Shown here: in pieces, positions 19,100 through 29,377 of the stretch
How positions within the stretch are numbered: position 1 is the stretch's first letter
Layout: each line of letters opens with the position of its first letter
Assembly (NCBI GenBank): GCA_014238315.1
Contig: JABABG010000063.1
Span: 1-55,871 of the forward strand
DNA length: 55,871 nt
Direction: 5' to 3'
From: Alphaproteobacteria bacterium
GTDB taxonomy: Bacteria; Pseudomonadota; Alphaproteobacteria; JABAAW01
Translations under genes and position numbers: made by a program
The notes under the pieces: model-generated
Told to the model about the DNA's origin: nothing
Databases searched by the model: none
What the model saw: the letters and a program-made list of their open reading frames with translations, nothing else

Positions 19100-19828
19100 C
19101 TAGCTAGAGTTGGTCGACTCTAGACGCCGAAGGCGCATCGATAGGGAGATGTTGTCGTAAGTCATAAAGGTTGCCCAAGCAGCAAAAAAACTTGCTCCGA
19201 GGATAGATAGTAGCAGAGGTTGCAAGATATCGGGATGGATAGTGCTACCTCCTCGTCGTAGTAGGCTCGCAGGTTGGTGTAGGCTATACCACCATTCGAC
19301 CGAAAACTTGATGATCGGAAGGTCTATAGCCCCAACAAGAACTAGCACAGAGGTCGCTATACGAGCTCGTGCGCGTTCGTTAAAAGCGTCGTTGAGTGCG
19401 AAGTAGCCGACATAAAGAAAGAAAAGAACAAGAAGCGAAGTCAGACGCGCATCCCAAACCCACCAAGCTCCCCAGCTAAGTTTGCCCCATATAGAACCCG
19501 TGGCGATGCACAGAGCCGTATACAGCAAACCTATCGGGGCGATGGCTTGGCATAGCAAGGCAAATGCTGGCAGGCGTGTAATCAAAAAAACCGCAGAAGA
19601 GACCCCCATTGCACCGTAAAGAACGCTCGACAAGATTGCGCTTGGCACATGTAGGTAAATGATGCGTACAGACTCGCCTTGTAAGTAGTCGGCAGGCGCA
19701 AATAACGCACCCCAAGCTATTCCCAAGCCACCGCACAGAACCGCGCATAATAGGCAAAAGCCACGCAGGCTATTGGACAGAGTGCGCACAAAAGTGGGGT
19801 TGGTCAGTCGCAGAAGTCTTTTCATCAT
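19100..19828 (-). CDS. ccmC: Heme exporter protein CcmC
   Basis: WWD motif WGAWWVWDARLTS. I place the start at the internal MMKRLL (19828), downstream of the ccmB stop, rather than at 19912. Confidence 0.85.
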   Translation of the reverse strand: MMKRLLRLTNPTFVRTLSNSLRGFCLLCAVLCGGLGIAWGALFAPADYLQGESVRIIYLHVPSAILSSVLYGAMGVSSAVFLITRLPAFALLCQAIAPIGLLYTALCIATGSIWGKLSWGAWWVWDARLTSLLVLFFLYVGYFALNDAFNERARARIATSVLVLVGAIDLPIIKFSVEWWYSLHQPASLLRRGGSTIHPDILQPLLLSILGASFFAAWATFMTYDNISLSMRLRRLESTNSS

Positions 19829-19859
19829 CGTAGATAGTAGCTCGTTTCGTGCCTCGTCC

Positions 19860-20579
19860 TCAATTTGTCGAATCGAGTAAGAAAGCCGTGATCGGTAAAA
19901 GTGCGAGGGCAAGAAAACTCGTGCCGCAGAGCAGAAGTAGCGACGGTAAGAAGGTTAGAATTACATCATTAGCTTGCGATAAAGAAGACGATAGGCAAGC
20001 GATGGTGAAAATTAATGGTGCAAGGAAAAGAGGCAAACTCAAAAGCAACGCGTTCTCGGAGCGTGCGTCTGCCTGCAAGGTGAGGGCTGCAACAAATAGT
20101 CCGATCGAAGCAATAGAAACTAAACATAAACATAGTATCGGTAGGGCTACGAAAAAAGAAGATAAAGGCGAGAGGCTAAGGCGCGGGTAAAACAAAACCG
20201 CTAACGCAACGCTCAAGGCTGTAGGAATTCCTCGTAGCAGGAGGAAGCTCAAAAATTTACCACAGACAAATAATAAAGTTCCGTATTCGCTCAACCCATA
20301 TATTTCTAGTGCTTCTTTTTCCGAATCACGCGAAAACCACCCGTCCAAGGCAAGCATGCAGGCAAAGCAAAGCAGCAGACCGCTGTTCGCTGAAAATAAA
20401 ACAGAAGGCGCAAGAGAAAATGGAGGTAAGGATAAGGGAGATAAGGCAAAAGCAAGTATCGCGCTCGATAAGGTGACAAAAGCGGGCGTAATCCACAGCG
20501 CGCTACGCTCTCTTCGCGCGAATCGCCATTCGCGCAAAAGCAACGCTCGCAAGATTGATATAAATCTAAATGACTGCAA
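19860..20579 (-). CDS. ccmB: Heme exporter permease CcmB
   Basis: A six-helix hydrophobic protein between ccmA and ccmC. The N-terminal LLREWRFARRERSAL resembles CcmB. Confidence 0.75.
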   Translation of the reverse strand: MQSFRFISILRALLLREWRFARRERSALWITPAFVTLSSAILAFALSPLSLPPFSLAPSVLFSANSGLLLCFACMLALDGWFSRDSEKEALEIYGLSEYGTLLFVCGKFLSFLLLRGIPTALSVALAVLFYPRLSLSPLSSFFVALPILCLCLVSIASIGLFVAALTLQADARSENALLLSLPLFLAPLIFTIACLSSSLSQANDVILTFLPSLLLLCGTSFLALALLPITAFLLDSTN

Positions 20580-20623
20580 GTTAATCAGATGTTTTGCTAT
20601 TCGTGCTATTTGCTTTGCTCGCT

Positions 20624-21277
20624 CTATTCACACAGAGTCAATCTATGCTGCGCGATGGCGGAAAGGTCTTCGTGGCTGGCGACAATCGCCATTCCTCCGT
20701 TGTTAAGATGATTCTCGATACAACGTTTTAGGCAGGCTCGACCATCAGAATCGAGCGCGGCGTGCGGTTCGTCGAGTAGCCACAGGCTCGCTTGCGGTTT
20801 CAGTGCGAGCATCGACAAAGCTCCGCGTTGCCTTTGCCCAGCAGACAAACGCCAAGTTGGCTCATGCCAAAAAGAAGCCAAGGCGAAGTTAGCATTCGCG
20901 TGTTTTAGATTGTCTATACCTATTCTCGCCTCTGCTGCAAGTATATCAGACCAGAATTGTAAATTTTCAAATAGGCTCAGGCTAGCTAAAAAAGGTACTT
21001 TATGACCTACGCGCATGCAGTCTTTCGCAAGCTCGGATAAAGCGATGGGCTGCTCGTCCCAAAAAACGCGGACACCCGCGCGGACAAAATTGTCACAACC
21101 GCAGAGGCTACGCAAAAGACAACTCTTGCCACTGCCATTTGCACCATAGACGGCTAGAAACTCGCCTTTGCTAAGCGTAAAAGAACGAGCAGAAAATAAT
21201 GTTTGACCACCAGCTACGCAAGCAATTCCATTTACTGCAAGCTTATGCGAAAATTTCTCACTAACCCTGACTACCAC
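20624..21277 (-). CDS. ccmA: Heme exporter ATP-binding protein CcmA
   Basis: Walker A GANGSGKS, signature LSAGQRQR and Walker B LWLLDEP. It is the first gene of the ccm array. Confidence 0.8.
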   Translation of the reverse strand: MVVRVSEKFSHKLAVNGIACVAGGQTLFSARSFTLSKGEFLAVYGANGSGKSCLLRSLCGCDNFVRAGVRVFWDEQPIALSELAKDCMRVGHKVPFLASLSLFENLQFWSDILAAEARIGIDNLKHANANFALASFWHEPTWRLSAGQRQRGALSMLALKPQASLWLLDEPHAALDSDGRACLKRCIENHLNNGGMAIVASHEDLSAIAQHRLTLCE

Positions 21278-21289
21278 CTAATTTTGCAC

Positions 21290-21763
21290 CTAATCTTGTG
21301 CGCTCGCGCCGCTTTCAATGTTTTTAAATACCTCGTGGATGTCGTTGCGGTTCTTCGCACGCCGAATCTCGTTCTGGACATCACGCCGCGACATGATGCG
21401 CGAGATATGCGAAATCGTCCTAGCATGTTGTGCGCCGCCAGCTTTGTCAGCTAGCAACAAAAACAATAAATCTACCGCCCTGTCGTCTGGCGCGTCAAAG
21501 TCTATCGGCTTTGCTAGGCGTGCAAAGCAACCAACAGCCCCTTCGATATCCTCGATTAAAGTATGCGGTAGGGCTACTCCGTTACCAATCGCCGTAGAGC
21601 CAAGTTTCTCGCGCTCGACTAAGAGCTCTAACGCGTGCTCCTTCTCTATTGGGTAGTTCTCTGCGACCTTATCTAGCAAGCATTCTAGCGCATGGCGAAG
21701 CGAGCGAGCGTGCAGAGGCACTAGAATCGCGTCAAGTTGCAGTAAATCTTCGATCAAAACCAT
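21290..21763 (-). CDS. ptsN: PTS IIA-Ntr-like nitrogen regulatory protein
   Basis: EREKLGSTAIGNGVALPH (phosphorylatable His context) and DLLFLLLA. It is 157 aa. Only 12 nt separate its stop from the ccmA start. Confidence 0.8.
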   Translation of the reverse strand: MVLIEDLLQLDAILVPLHARSLRHALECLLDKVAENYPIEKEHALELLVEREKLGSTAIGNGVALPHTLIEDIEGAVGCFARLAKPIDFDAPDDRAVDLLFLLLADKAGGAQHARTISHISRIMSRRDVQNEIRRAKNRNDIHEVFKNIESGASAQD

Positions 21764-21792
21764 ATTTCGACTCTTGTGATTAACCCTTGTGG

Positions 21793-23034
21793 TTAACTCT
21801 TGTCGCTAAAAAATTTCAGCAAAATAGTATGGTATATGTCGCTCAGCGATGAGAGCTCACTCACTTGGATGCTCTCGTCGATAGCATGCATTTGCGTGCC
21901 GACTGGACCGAAATCTAGAGTCGGGCATAGGTGGTGGATGAAACGAGAATCCGATGTTCCCCCCTCGGTAGATAGCTGTGGAGTGACGCCCGTTACTTCG
22001 GAGATAGCATCCGCAACTAAAGCAACAAAGCGATTCGGGTGCGTGTAGAAAGCTCGTGCACCAGATAGGCGTTCGATAGTAATTTGCGAACCATCGCGCT
22101 CAAACTTGCGGCTCTTCTCCTCTAGCAGTGCTAATAGGCTCGATTCATCGTGCTTGGTGTTGTAGCGGATGCTGATAACTGCCTGCGCCTTGCCGGGTAG
22201 CATGTTTGATACAAAGGTGTCGGTTGAAAATCCAGAGATTTGCAAGTTCGAGGGCTCGAATGTAGCGCACGAAGTTTCTTTGTTAGAGGCAATCGAATCG
22301 AGATTGATGCCCGCTAGTTCGTTTAACAACGCTAGCAAAATATGCGCAGCGTTGCGCGCGTATTGCGGGTAGGCACTATGTCCAGCCTTGCCGCGCACCT
22401 CTATTTGCAAGCTCAGCGAGCCGCGGCGTCCGATTTTTATTCTGTCGCCCAGAACCTCCGCGCAAGTTGGCTCGCCCGTAAGGCAGGCATCGAAGTCTTT
22501 TTCCTCATCGCGCAAAGCTTCCAGCAAAGCTTTTGTGCCAAATGTTGCTCTACCCTCTTCGTCGCCGGTTAGCAGAAAAACTATAGAGCCGTTAGGTTGA
22601 GCGTTTTTTACTCGTCCCTTATGCGCTAGATAGCGTTGAGTAGCCGCGATGAAAGCGGCAACCGAGCTCTTCATGTCAACGCTCCCTCTGCCCACTAGCA
22701 AACCGTCCTTGATCAGTCCTTCGTAAGGAGGCGAAGACCACAGCAACTCTTCTCCCTCTGGCACTGTGTCTAGGTGCCCGCAGAAGGCGAGAACTGGCTT
22801 GCTCGAGCCGATACGCGCATAGAGGTTGTCGGTCGCCTCATCGCCTAAGCCTAGGCGATGTAGCTTGCAATAAAAACCCAAAGTCTGTAGCCAATCTTGC
22901 GTTTGCGCGAAGATCGCTCCTCGCGCAGGTGTCGGGGTCTTATGGCGCAACAACCCTTGCGCTAAATTTACGGGGAGAAAATCTTGCGGACAATTAGCAA
23001 GATCAGAGCCGTCCGCGAGAGCCTTCTCAAGCAT
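21793..23034 (-). CDS. dapE: Succinyl-diaminopimelate desuccinylase
   Basis: M20 peptidase motifs [17 protein letters not shown] and LLTGDEEG. I place the start at ATG 23034 (MLEKAL), which overlaps the dapD stop as ATGCTTGA. The track's 23142 start runs into dapD. Confidence 0.85.
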   Translation of the reverse strand: MLEKALADGSDLANCPQDFLPVNLAQGLLRHKTPTPARGAIFAQTQDWLQTLGFYCKLHRLGLGDEATDNLYARIGSSKPVLAFCGHLDTVPEGEELLWSSPPYEGLIKDGLLVGRGSVDMKSSVAAFIAATQRYLAHKGRVKNAQPNGSIVFLLTGDEEGRATFGTKALLEALRDEEKDFDACLTGEPTCAEVLGDRIKIGRRGSLSLQIEVRGKAGHSAYPQYARNAAHILLALLNELAGINLDSIASNKETSCATFEPSNLQISGFSTDTFVSNMLPGKAQAVISIRYNTKHDESSLLALLEEKSRKFERDGSQITIERLSGARAFYTHPNRFVALVADAISEVTGVTPQLSTEGGTSDSRFIHHLCPTLDFGPVGTQMHAIDESIQVSELSSLSDIYHTILLKFFSDKS

Positions 23035-23962
23035 GTTCGTTCGCATCGCGCAGAAGTTTAGTAATAGAGGTCTTTGCCTTAGTCTTCGCATCGACTTTTT
23101 TAACGATAACAGCACAGGCAAGGTTAGGCGCAGGGCTTCCATCGGGCAAAGGATTCTTGGCAGGTAAGCTACCAGGCACGACTACAGAATAGGCTGGCAC
23201 GCGACCGAAATAAATCTCACCGCTCGTGCGGTCGATGATGCGTGTAGATTGCCCTAAAAAGACACCCATGGCGATAACGCTACCCTGCTCCACTAAGACG
23301 CCTTCTGCTACCTCGGCGCGTGCGCCGATGAAGCAATCGTCTTCGATAATAACAGGGCGAGCTTGCAGAGGTTCCAGAACTCCGCCGATACCAGCTCCGC
23401 CAGAAATATGAACTCGGCTACCTATCTGCGCACAGCTGCCAACAGTGGACCAAGTGTCGATCATCGTCCCCTCACCTACATAAGCCCCTATGTTGACAAA
23501 GCTCGGCATAAGAACAACATCGCGCGCAATGTAGGAGGCATGCCTGACTATACAGCCAGGAACAGCGCGAAAACCCGCCGCGCGGAAATCTTGCTCGCTC
23601 CAGCCTTTGAACTTGCTATCGACTTTATCCCACCAGCGACCGTCATCGGCAGCACCAGCTATGCTCCGCATGGGATTGAGGCGGAAAGAAAGAAGAATCG
23701 CCTTCTTAACCCACTCGTTGGCAATCCATTCTCCATCTCGCTTTTCTGCCGCGCGTAAGGTACCTGCATCTAGCTGACGCAAAACTTGTGCAACAGAGGG
23801 GCGCGCATCAGAGTTGCCTGTGAGGTCATCGCGTTGTTGCCAAATGGCTTCGATTGACTCTCGCAACTCTTTGCGCGGCTCTTCGGGCAGAGTAGCTTGC
23901 CTTGATCCTGCAGACGCTATTTTGGGTGATGCCGTGAGGGGTTCTATTGGGGATTCTTGCAT
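23027..23962 (-). CDS. dapD: Tetrahydrodipicolinate N-succinyltransferase
   Basis: Hexapeptide-repeat core ([57 protein letters not shown]). I place the start at the internal Met at 23962 (MQESP); 24031 is also possible. Confidence 0.9.
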   Translation of the reverse strand: MQESPIEPLTASPKIASAGSRQATLPEEPRKELRESIEAIWQQRDDLTGNSDARPSVAQVLRQLDAGTLRAAEKRDGEWIANEWVKKAILLSFRLNPMRSIAGAADDGRWWDKVDSKFKGWSEQDFRAAGFRAVPGCIVRHASYIARDVVLMPSFVNIGAYVGEGTMIDTWSTVGSCAQIGSRVHISGGAGIGGVLEPLQARPVIIEDDCFIGARAEVAEGVLVEQGSVIAMGVFLGQSTRIIDRTSGEIYFGRVPAYSVVVPGSLPAKNPLPDGSPAPNLACAVIVKKVDAKTKAKTSITKLLRDANEHA

Positions 23963-24146
23963 TCTCGGATGGAATCTATACTGACTGTATCTTGCTTCTA
24001 CCGATGGGTAGGATTTGCAACAAGCGCACAAGGATTCTGCTCGTTTGCCTTTAGAGAGTCAATGTGTAAAAAATAGCTGGGGGATAGTCTCAATATGAGC
24101 CAAGAATAGCACCTTCAGAACAAGCTTCGATGAAAGCAAAAACTTT

Positions 24147-26426
24147 ATGACAGAACAGTTGCTTGCGCGCTTCGAGCGTGAATGGCTAGCTTCGCTAAAC
24201 GACAAGCAACGTGAGGTAGTAGAAAATCTACAAGGACCGCTGCTCGTTCTTGCAGGTGCGGGTACAGGCAAAACGCGAGTCCTAACAGTTCGCCTCGCAA
24301 TGCTCGTGATAGAGAAATGTGCGTACCCATCGCAAATCTTGGCTGCAACCTTCACCAACAAAGCAGCACGCGAGATTGTGCGGCGAGTCGAATCGCTATT
24401 AGGTGCAGACGCTCATCGCATGGCCTTAGGGACTTTTCATTCCTTATCGGTAAGGTTGTTGCGCCGATACGGCGATGCCATAGGAATACGCCGTGATTTT
24501 ACCATCATCGATACAGAAGATCAGGTGCGTCTGTTGAAAGAAATCTTGCAAGATATGTCGTTAGTAGCAGAGCGATCATCGGCGCGTGGCTTGGTTTGGT
24601 GTATCCAACGTTGGAAAGACCGTGCATTGATTCCCAATAGCGTACCAGAAGAGGAAGCGCAGATGTTCGCCGAAGGACGTGCGCGCGAAGTATATCGAAC
24701 ATACCAAAAAAGGCTGCTCGCGCTAGGAGCATGCGATTTTGGCGACCTCATCTTGCAATGCGTCGAGCTACTACGCGAGAACAACCATATTTTACAAGAG
24801 TGTCGAGAGAGGTATCGCTATTTACTGATCGACGAGTATCAGGACACTAACATAGCGCAGTACCTATGGATGCGGCTACTCGCCGAAGGGCATAAAAATT
24901 TATGCTGTGTCGGGGACGACGACCAATCTATATATGGCTGGCGCGGGGCGGAGGTTGGAAACATTCTACGCTTTGAAAAAGACTTCCCGAACGCGCATGT
25001 CGTGCGGTTGGAGAGAAACTATCGCTCACGACCGCATATTTTATCGGCAGCAGCGGGTTTGATTTCCAGTAACAAACAGCGTATGGGAAAAACTTTATGG
25101 ACGGAAGAAGATGAGAATGCGAGCGGCGGTATTTGCGGAAATGCGCAAGAACTCGTCTCTGTAAGAGGTTTCTACGACGGTGAGAGCGAGGCACGATTCA
25201 TAGCAGAGGAGATAGAAGCTCTCAGAAGACGAGAACAAGCAACCTATGGAGAGGTGGCAATACTCGTGCGGACAATCGCTCAAATGCGCGTGTTCGAGGA
25301 AGCCTTCCTATACCACGACATACCATATCGAGTCGTAGGAGGGGCGCGATTCTACGAAAGAGAAGAGATTCGCGATGTGGTCGCATACTTGCGTAGCTGT
25401 GCACAAAGCGCAGACGATTTGGCTTTTGCGAGAATCGCCAATAAGCCCGCGCGCGGAATCGGAAGCGTCTCTCTACGGAAGCTGAGCTACTTCGCGCGGG
25501 AACGCGGAATGCCGATGCAGGAGGCAGTCGATAGCGCAATAGAAGAAGGCATAGTTAAGGGGCGCGCAGCAAATGCTCTCGCAGAGCTGAAAAATAAGCT
25601 CGAAGGATGGAGAAACGATATCGAGCGCTTGCCATTACGACAGCTCGCAGAAAAAATAATCGAGCAATCTGGATACTCGTATTACTGGGAGAATAAGACA
25701 GACGAACAATCGCGCAAAGAAAATATTCGCGAGTTGTTTTCTGCCTTACACGAGGTTGAAAACTTGGAAAATTTTCTAGAGCATGTCGCATTGGTGGCAG
25801 ACGGCGAGGATGGCAGCGAGGAGGGTAGGGTTGGCGTTATGACTATGCACGCAGCAAAAGGTTTGGAGTTCGACGCGGTCTTCCTGCCAGGCTGGGAGGA
25901 GGGTTTGTTCCCCATGCAGCGAAGTCTGGAAGAGAAGGGAGAAAAAGCTCTGGAGGAAGAAAGGCGATTAGCGTATGTTGCGCTCACGCGTGCGCGAAAG
26001 TACGTGATGGTAGGGCATGCGCAAGCACGGAGAATCTTTGGACAGGTGCGTAGCAACTCACCATCGCGCTTCATTACAGAAATACCTAAAGAAGTCGTAG
26101 AAATCAGCGACGAGCGCGAAGTCCGTCTCTCAATAAAATACGACAGCAGTTATCAGCATAAAATGCACTCTGCCCTATCGCATCAGCAAGAGGAGCTCTC
26201 AAGCGGACACATTGCTAGACAATCTGTTCAACAGGTTTTCGCAGAATCTAGAACAAAAAATAGCATCAAGCGCAAAATAGGTATTTTCAAAGCTGGTGAT
26301 CGTTGCAAGCACGGACAGTTAGGCGAAGGGCGGGTGGTCGCGGTTGAAAAAAATTCGCTCACGGTCGCCTTTCCCAATAAGGGAGTATATTACATAGACC
26401 CAGATTATGTCGTTACCATCGATTAG
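24147..26426 (+). CDS. uvrD: UvrD/Rep-family ATP-dependent DNA helicase
   Basis: Motif I is AGAGTGKT, motif II is LLIDEYQDTN, and further matches are VGDDDQSIYGWRGA, LERNYRS, TMHAAKGLEF and YVALTRAR. The C-terminal Tudor-like tail contains GEGRVVAVE. Confidence 0.85.
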   Translation: MTEQLLARFEREWLASLNDKQREVVENLQGPLLVLAGAGTGKTRVLTVRLAMLVIEKCAYPSQILAATFTNKAAREIVRRVESLLGADAHRMALGTFHSLSVRLLRRYGDAIGIRRDFTIIDTEDQVRLLKEILQDMSLVAERSSARGLVWCIQRWKDRALIPNSVPEEEAQMFAEGRAREVYRTYQKRLLALGACDFGDLILQCVELLRENNHILQECRERYRYLLIDEYQDTNIAQYLWMRLLAEGHKNLCCVGDDDQSIYGWRGAEVGNILRFEKDFPNAHVVRLERNYRSRPHILSAAAGLISSNKQRMGKTLWTEEDENASGGICGNAQELVSVRGFYDGESEARFIAEEIEALRRREQATYGEVAILVRTIAQMRVFEEAFLYHDIPYRVVGGARFYEREEIRDVVAYLRSCAQSADDLAFARIANKPARGIGSVSLRKLSYFARERGMPMQEAVDSAIEEGIVKGRAANALAELKNKLEGWRNDIERLPLRQLAEKIIEQSGYSYYWENKTDEQSRKENIRELFSALHEVENLENFLEHVALVADGEDGSEEGRVGVMTMHAAKGLEFDAVFLPGWEEGLFPMQRSLEEKGEKALEEERRLAYVALTRARKYVMVGHAQARRIFGQVRSNSPSRFITEIPKEVVEISDEREVRLSIKYDSSYQHKMHSALSHQQEELSSGHIARQSVQQVFAESRTKNSIKRKIGIFKAGDRCKHGQLGEGRVVAVEKNSLTVAFPNKGVYYIDPDYVVTID

Positions 26427-27783
26427 TAATATCAAAATCTTCGCAAATCCATACTTGAAGGAAAACTTTCGACGAGCAGTGCCTATAATTATAGGACACG
26501 CAATGATAGCTATGCTCGGGGTCGTCGATACAGCAGTCGCTGGACGAATGCCAGGAGCAGTTTTTCTAGCAGCCGTAGGTTTGGCTAGCGCGTTTGCGCA
26601 TTTCGTCTTTTGGCTATTCGGATTCTTGCGTATGGGAACAACGGGCGTTACAGCGCAAGCTTTAGGTAGGCTCGACCCTAGAGGTGTGCGCCTATCTCTA
26701 CTGCGCGGAGCAAGTTTCGGAATAGTGTTAGGGTTGCTACTATTGGTAGTGTCTCCGTTGTTGTACTGGATAGCCGTGGAGGTATATGCGCAGGAAGAAA
26801 ACCTAGCGCAACCCTTCTTGCAATACCTCCGAATAAGATTCATCGGTGCGCCATTCGCACTGGCAACATACGCTTTCTATGGGTGGTTGTTAGGGGTCGA
26901 CAGAAATTCCCTGATGCTACTGATTCAGACAATAGTGATTCTGGCAAACATAATCATTAGTCCTGCATTGGCTCTCGGATTGGGCTGGGGAGTCGAGGGT
27001 ATAGCTTGGGCTACCGTAATCTCGGAGATACTCGGAGCTGGGCTTTCGCTAATGTTCGTGTTGCGAGTGCTACCAAGATTGACTCTAAAGCCCTTGCGAG
27101 TAGCCTTGCGGTTAACCGATTTTTTCGATATCGCAGAGATAAGGAGATTCTTGTCGATAAATACTCATATTTTCGTGCGCACGCTCTGCATGCTACTCGC
27201 CTTTCAGGTTTTTTGGGTGTTGTCCGCAGACTTGGGGATAGTAGCACTTTCGGTCAATGCGATCCTGTTGCAGATGCTGAGCATCGCTTCATTTGCGCTC
27301 GACGGATTCGCTCTTGCGGGCGAAGCGATGGTCGGAGAAAACCTCACTCGCTTTGCTAGCAAAAAACGAACATCCGTTGCCATAGGAAAAGTTGTCGAAT
27401 CGGTGCTGGCTTGGTCTTGTTCTTTCGCGCTGTTATTTACTATCACATACGCGTTAACCTTTAATGCAATCGTGGCGGGATTCACCAATCTGCAGGTCGT
27501 GCGCGAAGCGGCGCGAGAATATCTTTGGTGGGCGGCACTCGTTCCTAGCGTAGGCGTCTGGGCATACGCTTGGGATGGAATTTTCTTAGGGCTTACCTTG
27601 ACAAGAGCTTTTATGCTCGGAACCTTATTCGCATCGCTGAGCTTCGTCATTTGCGCATTACCATTGGTAAAAATATTGGAGAACCATGGCTTATGGCTAG
27701 CGATGTACGTTTTCTTTGCCTTGCGCGCTCTATCTTTGTACGCTTTCTGGCGGCGGTGGCGCAAAGATTCGCCTAGAAGATAA
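26407..27783 (+). CDS. MATE-family efflux transporter (DinF-like)
   Basis: A protein of about 12 TM helices with a typical MATE N-terminal region (AVPIIIGHAMIAMLGVVDTAVAG). It overlaps the uvrD 3' end by 20 nt. Confidence 0.75.
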   Translation: MSLPSISNIKIFANPYLKENFRRAVPIIIGHAMIAMLGVVDTAVAGRMPGAVFLAAVGLASAFAHFVFWLFGFLRMGTTGVTAQALGRLDPRGVRLSLLRGASFGIVLGLLLLVVSPLLYWIAVEVYAQEENLAQPFLQYLRIRFIGAPFALATYAFYGWLLGVDRNSLMLLIQTIVILANIIISPALALGLGWGVEGIAWATVISEILGAGLSLMFVLRVLPRLTLKPLRVALRLTDFFDIAEIRRFLSINTHIFVRTLCMLLAFQVFWVLSADLGIVALSVNAILLQMLSIASFALDGFALAGEAMVGENLTRFASKKRTSVAIGKVVESVLAWSCSFALLFTITYALTFNAIVAGFTNLQVVREAAREYLWWAALVPSVGVWAYAWDGIFLGLTLTRAFMLGTLFASLSFVICALPLVKILENHGLWLAMYVFFALRALSLYAFWRRWRKDSPRR

Positions 27784-27860
27784 GCGTAAGAATAGGTAAA
27801 CTATGGATACTAAGGATAGGCGGGAAATAGTAGCTACAAGTAGCTCTAAAGAGAGGAAAA

Positions 27861-28550
27861 ATGCGTGAGATCGTTTTGGATACGGAAACTACAGGGCTAA
27901 AACACGAAGACGGAGACAAAATAATTGAAATCGGCTGCGTAGAACTGCAGAACAGACTGCCGACAGGTAGGGAATTCCATCGCTACCTAGACCCAGAGCG
28001 AGATATCCCGGAAGCCTCGCAAGAGATACACGGAATCGACGAAGAGTTTGTCAAAGGAAAACCTATATTCAACTACATCGCAGACGAGTTATTAGAGTTT
28101 CTAGGCGATGCGGTTCTCGTCATTCACAACGCGCCTTTCGATCTAGGGTTTTTAAACGCTGAGCTTGAAGCTTGTGCGAAACCTCGATTGTCGCCAGAGC
28201 GCGTGTGCGATAGCCTCGTCTTGGCGCAAGAAAAATACCGCGCCGAGCGCGTAAGTTTGGACGCTCTATGCAGACGCTATGGGATAGACCTTTCTCAAAG
28301 AAAGCAGCACGGTGCTTTGCTCGATGCTCGCCTGCTCGCAAAAGTATATCTAGAGCTAATCGGCGGAAGGCAGAAAAGGATAGGGCTCGTGGATGAAAAA
28401 CCGCAAGCGTATATTAATCAAAACGTCCTTATGCCGAGAAAATCCGCTACTACGCGCGCACCACTGCACGTCATAACGCTTAGTGAAAGCGAGAGTGCAG
28501 CGCACGTCGCGTTGCTAAATAAAATCGACAAAAACAAAAAAAGTAACTAG
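27861..28550 (+). CDS. dnaQ: DNA polymerase III epsilon subunit (3'-5' exonuclease)
   Basis: ExoI is IVLDTETTG, ExoII is VIHNAPFDLGFL and ExoIII is HGALLDARLLAKVYLEL. It aligns along its length with E. coli DnaQ as I recall it. Confidence 0.85.
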   Translation: MREIVLDTETTGLKHEDGDKIIEIGCVELQNRLPTGREFHRYLDPERDIPEASQEIHGIDEEFVKGKPIFNYIADELLEFLGDAVLVIHNAPFDLGFLNAELEACAKPRLSPERVCDSLVLAQEKYRAERVSLDALCRRYGIDLSQRKQHGALLDARLLAKVYLELIGGRQKRIGLVDEKPQAYINQNVLMPRKSATTRAPLHVITLSESESAAHVALLNKIDKNKKSN

Positions 28551-28567
28551 AAACGATAGCTTTGTAG

Positions 28568-29335
28568 TTAGGAAGGTTTAGCTGGAGGTTTGGTTGCTTT
28601 CTTGCTCACGCGCTTAAGTTGCTTCGATACCTTCTCTAATGTTTGTGCGGGCGGTTGTACTATACCGAATGAAAAAACCATCTTGACCGCGTCCTCGACC
28701 TTCATATCGAGATCGATCGTCTCCTTTTTTGGAAAAAATATGATAAAGCCAGATGTCGGGTTAGGAGTTGTTGGTACGAAAACTACTCGCATCTTCGAGT
28801 TATTTGTTTTTTGCGATACTTCTGCGATACTATCCGCTGTCAAAAAGCCGATAGTCCAACTACCTTTGCGCGGATATTGGACTAAAACCGCTTTGCGAAA
28901 GGCACTCTTCTTTTCTGTGTCAGGTTGGAACAATGCTGCGAAAATTTGTTTTGTAGTAGAATAAATTTTCGGTAGCAGAGGCATATGATGCAGGATGCGC
29001 TCGATGCGCCCTAAAATCCACGCACCGATTAGTCCACGAGCGAAAATGCCGAGAATCATCGTTGCTATGAAAAAAATTACTATGCTAACCCCAGGAATCT
29101 CACGCACAGGGTCGATGCCGATATGCTCTAGAGCGAATTGTGAAATTTGTTTAGGAACTAGAGGAACTATACGAGTGTCGATAAAAAGGACAAACCAGCG
29201 GACTATCAGAAAAGTCAGCAAGAATGGCATCATTACTATTAGACCAGCAAAAAAATTACGTCTCATATAGGAGCCAAGTCCCATAGAACGTTGGGTTTCA
29301 GCTTTAGAGTTCTTTTTGTTTGCTTTTGCGCTCAT
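28568..29335 (-). CDS. DUF502-family membrane protein
   Basis: Two N-terminal TM helices plus FVPTTPNPTSGFIIFFPKKETIDLDMKVEDAVKMVFSFG, which is characteristic of DUF502. Confidence 0.65.
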   Translation of the reverse strand: MSAKANKKNSKAETQRSMGLGSYMRRNFFAGLIVMMPFLLTFLIVRWFVLFIDTRIVPLVPKQISQFALEHIGIDPVREIPGVSIVIFFIATMILGIFARGLIGAWILGRIERILHHMPLLPKIYSTTKQIFAALFQPDTEKKSAFRKAVLVQYPRKGSWTIGFLTADSIAEVSQKTNNSKMRVVFVPTTPNPTSGFIIFFPKKETIDLDMKVEDAVKMVFSFGIVQPPAQTLEKVSKQLKRVSKKATKPPAKPS

Positions 29336-29377
29336 TTTTTGTCGTAGCTATCGTAGGTAGGCATCTAGTTATCTAAT

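Noticed and set aside
23963-24146. A possible replication origin at the strand switch: all genes from 6.3 to 24.0 kb are on the minus strand, while uvrD onward are on the plus strand.
   Set aside because: The spacer has no DnaA-box cluster and no AT-rich unwinding element. Orientation flips again at 28.5, 36.2 and 40.4 kb, and none of the usual origin neighbours (dnaA, hemE, parAB) are present. I could not compute GC skew by hand.
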